Assembly: GCA_951406725.2 (NCBI GenBank)
Contig: OX597816.1
Coordinates: forward strand, 141,484,001 to 141,548,000
DNA length: 64,000 bases
Source: Octopus vulgaris
Lineage: Eukaryota
Direction: 5' to 3'
Part shown: one piece after another, positions 41,471-51,869 of the stretch
Position numbering within the stretch: position 1 is the stretch's first letter
Layout of the letters: each line of letters opens with the position of its first letter
The notes under the pieces: generated by a model
What the model was told of the DNA's origin: nothing
The model's database searches: none
What the model saw: only the letters and a program-made list of their open reading frames with translations
Made by a program: the position numbers and the translations under genes

Positions 41471-42396
41471 GAGCCCAGAAGCAAACAAAAGTGACAGTTA
41501 AGTAGACATTATGTTATAGATTCCTCAAATGTACATCACAATACAACTGATGTTACTGCTATTGTTCCTTTTGAGTGGCAAAATCAATAGAGCATCAAGC
41601 AAAGTGCCTTGTGGTATTTATTGGTGTCTGTTTATATTCTGAGTTTGACTCACACTAGGGTCAACTTTGCCTATCATCTTCTTGAAATCAATAAAATAAG
41701 TACCTGTCAAGTACTGGGTTTGATACAATCAACTGTTTCTTTTACCCCAAATGTATAGGATTTAAAACCTTAGTAAGAAATCAATATGAAGTTCAGATGA
41801 GAACAACCTAGATATATCATATAAATAGCAGTAACATATTTCACCAATAATGATATTATACTGTACATGGAAACAAATAGAGTATTATGACAAAATTTAA
41901 AGAAATCTTCAAGCCTAGATTTTGTTAGTTTTCTTTTTTATTCTGTGTTCTTCACATTTGAAAATAGCAAATCTATACTTTTCAGATATAGTTTTGTAAG
42001 ATTTTTATTTCTACAAACAGAGAATATATTTCACAGAACTAAAGCAAAATATCTAAAGTTAAAGCTTACGCCTTTCTAATTTGGCCAACTTAAAAAAAAA
42101 TTGGCATACTTTGATTCAAGATTCACAGATGTTGAAGTAAATTTATTTATTTTAGTTGATACTGTAGTGCTATTTATTTAATTATATATTTTTATAATAC
42201 ATTTGGTGAACAAAAATAGAGTTGTTGGTTATAGATTTGAAACAAACCAATCATTGGTTTACTGATATTTCTGACAGTGAAAGTGATGAAACAGTTACTG
42301 TGCAACTGGAACAGAAGAAATACTACCTAAGTATTTTTAATTAAAAAACACCAGTTTTTCATTTTCCCAGTTCCTTGCCAATATTCAAAGATGAAT

Positions 42397-42439
<43 letters not shown>

Positions 42440-44494
42440 GGGCTTCCACAGTTTCTATCAATTAAATTTCACTCACAAGGAAGGCATCAGTCATCCTGAG
42501 GCTATAGTAGAAAACAGTTGCCCAAAGTGGGGTTGAACCCATCACCATGGAGGTGCAAAGCAAACTTTCTAATCACTTTACTTGAATGATCAGCTGACAC
42601 TGCAACTGACTCTTTCTTGAAGTTATACAGTTCTCATGCACAAGAGAGTTAAAATGCTATGTGCTGCTTCAATGAAAGAAATAAGTTGAATTTTAAAGCA
42701 CAGGTTTCAGCATAGCTCTGATATCTCCATAGTTAAGTGAGTTTCTTTCTTTTTATCCACTTTATCCACAATAACTTGCAGGCATAAGAAAGAAATAATA
42801 CAGGAATTGGGAAATATTTCTATTAAAAGCAATGTGATCAGGTACAGGTCATATGTTTAAGCACAGATATTCAAACACTCATGTTGCAATATGCATGTAT
42901 TCAAGCAGATATGTTCAAATATACACGTGTTCAAATGTGTTCAAGCACATATTCAAAGAGATGTGTACAGATATGCGCTTAAGATTATATGTGTCTTCAA
43001 ACAGACACCTGTTGTAGTGAACAAGTTGACCTGTTTAAACACATACATTCAAGCCGAAAAAATACTATCGTAATAACTGCAGATTTCTATTACCATACAA
43101 AACTTAAAAAAACCAAAGAAAAAAAAGTAATTCCATCAAATTGTCATTTATTTTAATAGATATTCAATTCAATATCAAATTATTCAAGCAGACATTCGAT
43201 TGCGCTTTGTTATCAGATTTAATGAATTAAACAAAAGGTGATCTCATTATAGTAAGAGATGGGATTGTCTTATATAACATTATGAAATAATAGTTTTCTT
43301 CTTTGTGATCACACAGGATCACTTATAAATGTATAAACACACACACATACACAGAGTCAAGGTACATACATTTAAAGACACACTCACATTGTCTCCCATG
43401 GGAACATTTCTTATGAAAGGATCAATGAGAAATAACTGAAAGGAAAAGATAATCAACAGGTTTAAACTGTCTAAATCTTCTCCCTGAACAAGGATAACGA
43501 AGCTAAGAATCAATCTCATGAATTAAAACTTGATAATATTGATGATATTGATAAAAATATTGATTATTCATGATGTAGATATTTTCTCAGTGTTGGCAAT
43601 GATAGAAGCTTTCCTTTCAGAAGCAACCATTAAGGCTGGAATACACAATATATTCAACCATTTTCAATACTGAAGTTAGATATTTTCCTGACTACAATGC
43701 CTTGTAATAAAAATGGTATATGGTTATTGTGTGAAATGTTAGAGTAATTCAAAGTCAGAAAGAGAATTCATTAGTTCTCTCTTGAAAGAAACAAACATTT
43801 GACTGTGAAAACAATAAATCAAAATTGAGATGCAAAATATGGAAAATAATTTTAATTATCCAATAATCATTTACAATTAAAACAATTTGTGTTTTGACAT
43901 TCGTAAAAATATTACAGAAATTTGTGCTGAGTTGTTAAAAACTTAAAGAAAAAAAAACATCATCAGAACAATAAATTTAAAAATCAGCTTGATCAAATTA
44001 TGAACACAACATCATCAAAACAACAACAATTATAACTATAGAGAAAGGTGCAGAAATGAAGAGGACAAAAAAGTTAAGAATTGAATGAACTGAAGGTAAA
44101 ATAATTAAATTACAGGTGAAGGAATTGAGAGAAGTGTAAAGGAAGAATACTGGTTAGAAACATAATAGCTATTTGCCATATAGAATACACATGCATATCT
44201 GCTAACACATGTACTTTGTTTTACATAAATATTAGATGTATGTGAATACATGCTACTCATATATCCACATGTATAAAACATAACATACCCACATAAGTGT
44301 TTGTGTGTATGTGCATGTATGTGTGTGTGCATATGTGTGTGTGTGCGTGTGTATGTGTATAGAGTGTACATAAATTAACTGTGCATTTTGATGAAATCCA
44401 AAACTTTTATGTAATTTTTTTTATCAAATTATGTTGATCGTGTTTGTATTGTACTCTGCACAAAATTTCTATGTTCTATGTACACTGTACATTG

Positions 44495-44840
44495 TACAGG
44501 GTATTTCAAACTTTATATTTGCTTTTTTAATCTTTTTCAGAGCCCTTTAATAATGAATTAAGAAAAGTGAATCTTTGTTGTGATAGCCCATATCATACGA
44601 GAAAAATGCAATGACATCTGTGAAAAGTTTGAGAGGGAATTTAGAAAACCTGGACCTCATTGAAATGTGATCCATTCACTGGTGAACAAATTTAAAAGAA
44701 CTCGATCCATTCATAATGAGAAAGGAAAAGGACAAAAAAAGATAGCCACCCATACGATTAAACAAATTCAACATTTGTTTGAAGATGAACCAAGAACTTC
44801 AACAAGAAAAGCCAGTCAACAACTTAATATCCCTCAGTCA
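44495..44840 (+). mobile_element. 5' fragment of a Tc1/mariner-superfamily transposon (DUF4817-like HTH N-terminus)
   Basis: TA-CAGGGT end. Decayed peptide IFVV...CEKFEREFRKPGP..NVIHSLVNKFKRTRSIHNEKGKG...FEDEPRTSTRKASQQLNIPQS. Confidence 0.65.
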
Positions 44841-45333
44841 ATTTTGGTAACTTATTTTCTTTATTCATAAAGTTACATCAAAAGCAGCCAAACTCGGAAC
44901 TGTTAGAGGAGATGTATGCCATTGTGTAGAAAAAATACCAGATATTGGTTGACAGAAAGTGAGTTCTTCTGCAGCAAGACAATGCAAGACCACAAATTGC
45001 TTGAACAACTCAGAATAAACTCAAGGAACTTGAGGGAATTGAGCTGATGCCACATCCAGCATATAATCCAGACCTAACTCCCTCAGATTATTACTTGTTC
45101 TGATCCTGTGCTCATGATGTTTCATCAGCCAAAAGGAGGTGGAAGCTTCAGTGAAGGAGTTCTTCACTTTCAAGGACAAGAACTGTTATCAGTATGGAAT
45201 CAAAGAACTGGTAGACAGGTGGTTTCAGACGATGCAACATGATGAACTCTAATTTGAATGCTTGGCTGCTTTTATTGTAACAATGAATAAAGGAAATAAG
45301 TTACCAAAATATTGCAAAACTTTTGACTCAGCA
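44841..45333 (+). mobile_element. Internally deleted mariner derivative with long inverted ends
   Basis: VLLQQDNARP...LMPHPAYNPDLTPSDYYLF. ~50-bp inverted repeat 44841-44891 vs 45262-45310. Confidence 0.8.
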
Positions 45334-45427
45334 CACACACACACACACATACTCATAAGCACATGCAAACAAACGTTTTCCTCAATATATAGGAGTTTAT
45401 CTATATATATATATATATATATATATA

Positions 45428-45646
45428 TTGCCAGCCTCGCCTGGCACCTGTGCAGGTGGCACGTAAAAAGCACCCACTACACTCACGGAGTGGTTGGCGT
45501 TAGGAAGGGCATCCAGCTGTAGAAACATTGCCAGATAAGACTGGAGCCTGGTGCAGCCTTCTGGCTTCCCAGATCCCCGGTCGAACCGTCAAACCCATGC
45601 TAGCATGGAGAACGGACGTTAAACGACGATGATGATGATGATGATG
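45428..45646 (+). mobile_element. Short RTE 3' tail (other tails near 3815-4010 -, 11290-11715 +, 31285-31420 +, 33487-33610 -, 35416-35510 -, 50000-50140 -)
   Basis: Near-identical to 57220-57424, with (GAT)n tail. Confidence 0.85.
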
Positions 45647-47129
45647 AAAACAAAGGATGTGTGTGTGTATGTGTATGTCTGTGTGTGTAGTACATATGCA
45701 TTTCCACAGTTTTCAACAGATTTTCACCAAACTTTACACATACATTACTTATGTGCCAATGATGGTCATGCACTATAACATTTTGTCCGGAGCTCTGCAT
45801 AAAATGAGAGACTGGGAAAAGCAGTGTTTTATATGGGTTTTTCTCTAAAAACTTCTGCAGTTTTCAACCGATTCTCTCCCTTTTCTCTCTGTTTATTTCT
45901 CTCTTCTCTCTTCTTCTCATTCTCTGCTTCTCTTACTTACACATCTTCTCTCTCACCCTCTGTAATAGTTCCTCTCTTTTAGTCTATGTCTGTTTCTTTC
46001 ATTCTCTCTCTCTCTCTTTAACTCACTCACACACTAACTTCTGTCTAAAAATTTACTTCTGTGTATTTCAATTAGTTGTGTTACAGCTTTTGTACATTCT
46101 CCCTGAAAATTAATTTAGTTATTTAAAATTTTTGTTCACCAACATTACTTATTTAAAAGTTTTTGCACTCTGTCTATTTAAATACACTATTTACAATTCT
46201 CCCTCTATCGAAAAACATTGTGGGTGCAGTTGTGCATGTGTACGTATGACTGCTATGGGCGACATTCAGTCAATAAGCCATTATTACAAACCAATGAGAT
46301 TTCAACCATGCCACTGAGTGGTCATGCATTAGAAAAAGCTATCCTAAAGCAACTCAAGTTTTTTCACATAAGCTATTTTCTTTTAGAGCTTTATATGCTC
46401 AAACAGAGTTTGTAAGTTCTGCCTACAAATTGACTTCCTTGTATTTAAATTAGTCGTGCATAAAAATCTCTGTTATTACAGTTTTTGTATGTTTACCCTG
46501 AAAAAAAATTTAGTTATTTTTCATTTTTGTTCACCCAGTGTGTTTAAATTCAGTTTTGCCACATATGCCTAAAAATTGACTTCAATGCATTTCAATTTTA
46601 TCATGCATAAATATCTTTGTCTTTACAGTATTTGTACATTCTCCAAACAAAAGTTAACTGTGTGTCTAGTACGTATACATTTCTACAATTTTCAACTGAT
46701 TTTCACCAAACTTTACACACACATTACTTATGTGCCAAGGATGGTCATGCACTATAACATTTTGCCTAGAAGTCCTGCTTAAAGCAAGAAATTGAGGAAT
46801 ATGGTGTTTTACATAGGTTTTTCTCTAAAAACTTCTGCACTTTTCAACCAGTTTCTTCTGTTTTCTCTCTCTAAATTTTTCACACTCCATGTATTTAAAT
46901 TTACTTTTACTACATTTGCATTTTGCAACTGAAGCTTCTAAACTCTGAGATAATGCCACTTAAGAAAAGAGCCCATATTGGTTGCAAAATCAGAGACATC
47001 AAAGAGAAGGAAAGCAAATGGGTCCTAAAACAAGACTGCACAAAGACATAGCAGTCACCAGATCAGAAATGTTTCAATAACAACTTCAGTACATACTAAT
47101 AAGTCACAGTGTATTATTTGTTGTACAAG

Positions 47130-47326
47130 GGATGCTACAACAACTGCTGCTGTGCAAGCTGCAGAGAACAAAGAGCAGCACACCATTCACCATGCCTGGA
47201 ATGCTATAGCAACTGCTGCTGTGTGAGCTGCAAAGAATGAAGAATATCACGCCATTCACCATGCCAAGAATGCTACAGCAACTGCTGCTGAATGCTGCAG
47301 AGAACAAAGAACAGTGCACCATTCAC
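47130..47326 (+). repeat. 69-bp (23-codon) tandem repeat inside the Helitron
   Basis: gcta..gcaactgctgct starts at 47134, 47203 and 47272. Confidence 0.85.
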
Positions 47327-48785
47327 AATTCTTTTTTTTTCGTTAGACTAGAAAATAAATGTTCTTAGAATGATGAATAATTCACACCCCAAGCAACGCC
47401 GGGTACCTCTGCTAGTAAGTGATAAACCTGTTGTTTTCTTGAAACTAATGGAGGTTGAGAAAAGTGTCTTTTCTGGGAAAAGATGCTAGTTTATCACATA
47501 ACATAAGCTTACTAATCAACACTAGTTTATTATGGAGTTGACCCAATTTGAATTTTTAGCATCTCTAATATTCATAATCAAATGGCTGTTGTTTATTTCC
47601 TATCAACAAATCTTCAGATGTTTCTTTTCCGTCACCTGAAATTTGCGTAATCTTTTTGTTCTTTTTCTATAAATAATTTCAATTTTTAGAAAATGTAATA
47701 TTTCCAATTATAATTTAATGACAAGATAAAAAGACTGTGAACTCTGGATGTTAAACTGCTAATTTTATATAAATAAAAAAAATTTAATTTCATACTAGCA
47801 GAATAATTTACCAGGTGAATGAAATTGCATGTAATATCAAACACCCTTTCTAGTATAGACAAATATCATTAACATTCTTTATGATAATGGAATATATTTT
47901 CAAAAAAGAAAAAGAAAAGAAAGAATTGTAAATTGTAGAGAAACATGTGTGAGTAATGATTTGCCAACCATGTAGTACTTAATGTGTCATAAATTATAGT
48001 CATCAGATAATGTGAGGAACATGTGTGAAATGTAGAATAACAAATGGGAGTCACATGCACGCTCCTTCCAATGAAAATCAGATACATATGCACACACATA
48101 CACATATACTTATACTTGAATATACAATGCTCAGATATGCTTATATAAGTTTTCTTGCATAAGTTTAGGCGTATATATTCTTATATCCACATTTACACAT
48201 GGAGTAGCATGAATAAAGGGAAAGGAAAGGAAACGATATAGTAGAGGAAAGTGAGAGAATGATAGATAAATGGGTTGTTAGGTTATCATCATCTACGCGT
48301 GTCGTGTATGTATGTTTGTGTGTGTGTGTGTCACGAGAGTGTTTGTGTGTGCGTGTGTGCATGTGCATGTGTGTGTGAGTGTTTATATACATTGATAAAT
48401 ACACATAGGCTAATGCATGGCTGTGGTTAGAAGTTCATTTCTCAACCACATGGTTTTGGGTACAGAACCCTTGGGTAATTTCTTGAGAGAGTGTCAGAAA
48501 CTGTGTAGAAATCTGTTGTGTGCATGTGCGTTTATGACTGCCATTATGTTAACACCTTTTCAAAATCAATGTTTTAGGATCCATTATAACAACAGAAAAA
48601 AATTCAAGATGGTGCCACAGTATGGGCTTAGTATAATGACTGAAACAAGTAAAAGAATGAAAGAGCAAAATATGTAGATAACTAGAGAGATAAATAGATC
48701 GAGGCCTCTTAAATCTAACACTTTGTCTTTCTTTCTGCCTGACTGTTACTGTCTCTCTCTCTCTATCTGTCTACCTTATCTAGAT

Positions 48786-48800
48786 TATATATATATATAT

Positions 48801-48838
<38 letters not shown>

Positions 48839-49020
48839 GGATGGATAGACAGAGAATTAGATAGGTAGAGAGATAGGGGGAAGGATATTCATCTCTTCAA
48901 CTTGCTGGGTAACAGATAGAAGAAGATGAATCTATCTAACAAGCTACCTTGCTAGATATACAAACAGATTTACTGAGAGATAAGACTTTACCTTCTAACT
49001 AGAGAAAGAGAAATAGAGAA

Positions 49021-49067
<47 letters not shown>

Positions 49068-49110
49068 CAGAGAGAGAAAGAGAGAGAGAGAGAGGGACAG
49101 AGAGAGAAGG
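48786..49110. repeat. (TA)n/(GATA)n and (GA)n tracts
   Basis: Direct reading. Confidence 0.9.
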
Positions 49111-49290
49111 AGAAAAAAGTTAGGAGAGGAGAAAAAGTATGATTTGACTAAAACCTCAGTCCTTTCAGCTCATGCAATTACAACAATGCATGCAACATAA
49201 AAAAATGCACAAAGCAAAAAAACAAAAAAAGACAAAACAAAAACAAAAAAAAACAACAACAAAAAACTGAAACACAAGCAATTAGAGCAG

Positions 49291-49524
<234 letters not shown>

Positions 49525-49565
49525 TTACGAATTTTTTATATACAATATATACAATATACATAAAT

Positions 49566-49870
49566 CACGTGATCACATGACCGACCAGACCATCAGATGT
49601 AGTTACACATCGCTGGTCACAATGCGTTCGCATTGTTTTAGCCTTCGAATGACGCCACCCCACTGGCTAAGCGAGCAGGCCGACAGAAGAAAGAGTGGGA
49701 GAAAGAGTGGTGAAAGAGTACAGCAGGGATCACCACCCCCTGTCGGAGCCTCGTGGAGCTTTTAGGTGTTTTCGCTCAATAAACACTCACAACGCCCGGT
49801 CTGGGAATCGAAACCACGATCCTGCGACCGCGAGTCCACTGCCCTAATCACTAGGCCATTGCGCCTCCAC
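49566..49870 (-). mobile_element. Young tRNA-derived SINE (family C), 12-bp TSD, intronic
   Basis: Head GTGGAGGCGCAATGGCCTAGTGATTAGG (A box)...GGTTTCGATTCC (B box). TSD atatacataaat at 49554-49565 and 49871-49882. CpG-rich. Confidence 0.9.
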
Positions 49871-50157
49871 ATATACATAAATATATATTTGTATCTATAT
49901 GTATTCAACCATCTATCATCATCAGGTAATTACAGGCAAGTGGGAGAAATGGAATTTTATACCTGGTTATTTGAATTTCATGTTTCTAGCTGTATATGAA
50001 GTATCATCATCATCATTTAACGTCTGTTGTCCATGCTGGCATGAGCTGGACAGTTTGACTAGGGCTGGTAAGCTGAGGGCTGCACCAGATTCCAGTCTGA
50101 TTTTGCATAGTTTCTATGGCTGGATGCCCTTCCTAATGCCAAGTACACACACACACG

Positions 50158-50194
<37 letters not shown>

Positions 50195-50506
50195 TTCAGC
50201 AATGTAACTACACATGTGCTGTTGGCAATTTCTTTTCCTTCTTTGAACTTTTCCCTTTCTCCTTTCTGAGAAAAAAAGCTATGCTTGAAGTGTCAAAAAT
50301 CTCTCTTTTCACTGAGCAGCAAACTAATGCATTCCTTGTGCATGTCCCCTTGTTGTCTGTTAATTCTATTATTCATTTATTTGAATAGATTGTTTATTTG
50401 AATTGACTAATGTGTGTGTATATATATATATATATGCATGTGTGGGTGTATCTGCCCTGCTATCTATCTGTCTGTCTGTATGTATGTGCATATATATATA
50501 TATATA

Positions 50507-50645
50507 AGGCAGACAAATCACAAATCCCTTCAAGTAGATATAGCCCTGCTTGATCTGTAGAAAAGGCATAGGTAGAAACTCCATAAGATGTACCCAGTGT
50601 AAGCTATGTACACATAAGAAGGTGCAGCAATATCAAAGGAAGACT
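50507..50645 (+). mobile_element. Internal RTE ORF2 fragment
   Basis: Close match to 52760-52890 (aggcagacaaatcacaaatcccttca...agaaggtgcagcaatatca). Confidence 0.8.
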
Positions 50646-50803
50646 ATTATTTACATTTGACAGTTATTTGTCCTCATCTTGTTTGTTGTTTATACGTTTC
50701 AGTTGATAAACACTCCAGCCTTCATCAGGTGTCTTGGGGAAATTTCAAACCTGGGTTCTCATTCCTAAGGTATTTTTCGATGTTGTTATTGTTATTATTA
50801 TTA

Positions 50804-50855
<52 letters not shown>

Positions 50856-51138
50856 CATTATTATTATCATCATCATTATTATTATTCAGGTCACTGTCTG
50901 CAATCAAACTTGGAATCTTGGGGTTAGTAGCCTGTGCTCAATATATCTACTTTAAGTCTGATACATAGATGGCTATTTTCATTTAATACTGTTTCTTTTG
51001 AATATAATAACCATATATACATACATATATATATTGATAAGAATGGTAAGACAACAAAAGAAAGAAAGAGACCTCGATATTATGTAAATAGAGGAATTTA
51101 TCTGTAAATGTAATATGTAACAATTATTTGGTAGCCAT

Positions 51139-51199
51139 GATAAAACTCCAAGTTTCGGATTCAGAGGTGGAAATCCCCACCACCATCTCTTCAGTTATC
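51139..51199 (-). ncRNA. Mirror hammerhead motif (same sense as TMEM245 pre-mRNA)
   Basis: Minus strand reads GATAA-CTGAAGA-gatggtggtggggatttccacctctgaatcc-GAAA-CTTGGAG-TT-TTATC. Core intact, stem II slightly diverged from the right-arm copy. Confidence 0.55.
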
Positions 51200-51227
51200 T
51201 GGCCATCGGAAAAGTGCCTGATGGCCG

Positions 51228-51288
51228 GATAACTGAAGAGATGGCGATGTGGATTTCCACCTCCGCATCCGAAACTCGGAGTTTTATC
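51228..51288 (+). ncRNA. Type I hammerhead ribozyme motif with long stem II
   Basis: GATAA-CTGAAGA-GATG...GTGGatttCCAC...CATC-C-GAAA-C TCGGA G-TT^TTATC. Stem I GATAA/TTATC, both core boxes intact, near-palindromic stem III (AAACTCGGAGTTT), GUU triplet, one extra C at the base of stem II. Confidence 0.65.
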
Positions 51289-51835
51289 ATGGCTACCGAA
51301 TAATTGTCACATATTACATTTACATATATATATATATATATATATGGTCTGGCTCTCCATTGATTATAATAATTATTCCAGATGATTTGATCACTGGATC
51401 ATCATGACATACTGAAAGTGACAAGGCCGGCCTATTGAACAACAGGTACAAGTCATTTGTGCCAGCTGAGTCAACTGGAGCAATCAGAAATAAAATGTCT
51501 TGTTCAAGGACACAACATGCAACCAGGTGTATGTATGTATGTATCTCTGTATATAAGCAAATAAAAGCCCAGATTGAGGTAGTGGAACAGATAAAATGCA
51601 CACTACATATGTACTACTCCCAGTTGTTAACTGTCAGCTATACAGAAACTATCACCTTACTGCATTTCTATTAAGAGTTACAACAAAATATGTACCTCTC
51701 AATCCCAATAAATTGTTATGTTCCTTATTGTACACTGTCCACTTTTTGTTCTCTATACCTGCTGCTCACTGCTTGAAGCTTACTAACTTCCTACAAACAG
51801 ATCCCTGGATCATATTTCTCTCTCTCTCTCTGTAT

Positions 51836-51868
<33 letters not shown>

Positions 51869-51869
51869 G

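Larger units (their letters stand above)
45400..47415 (+). mobile_element. Non-autonomous Helitron with RepHel N-terminal remnant
   Basis: A|TC(TA)n 5' end at 45400. 3' end caccccaagcaacgccgggtacctctgCTAG|T (GC hairpin, CTAG at 47412-47415, A/T target). Internal ~190-bp direct duplication (45680-45870 vs 46660-46850) with gattttcaccaaac motif. Decayed ORF start MPLKKRAHIG at 46952. An RTE tail is nested at 45428-45646. Confidence 0.75.
51035..51324. mobile_element. Fold-back element in (TA)n carrying hammerheads (second family)
   Basis: Inverted arms 51103-51209 and 51218-51324 (107 bp, about 10 mismatches), 8-bp loop, unpaired left extension, TA repeats on both flanks. Confidence 0.8.

Noticed and set aside
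42850-43055. Loose ttcaa(a/g)ca periodicity
   Set aside because: Too degenerate to define a unit or a function.
49790-49870. tRNA gene
   Set aside because: A and B boxes are present but there is no complete cloverleaf. It is the head of a SINE bounded by a TSD.
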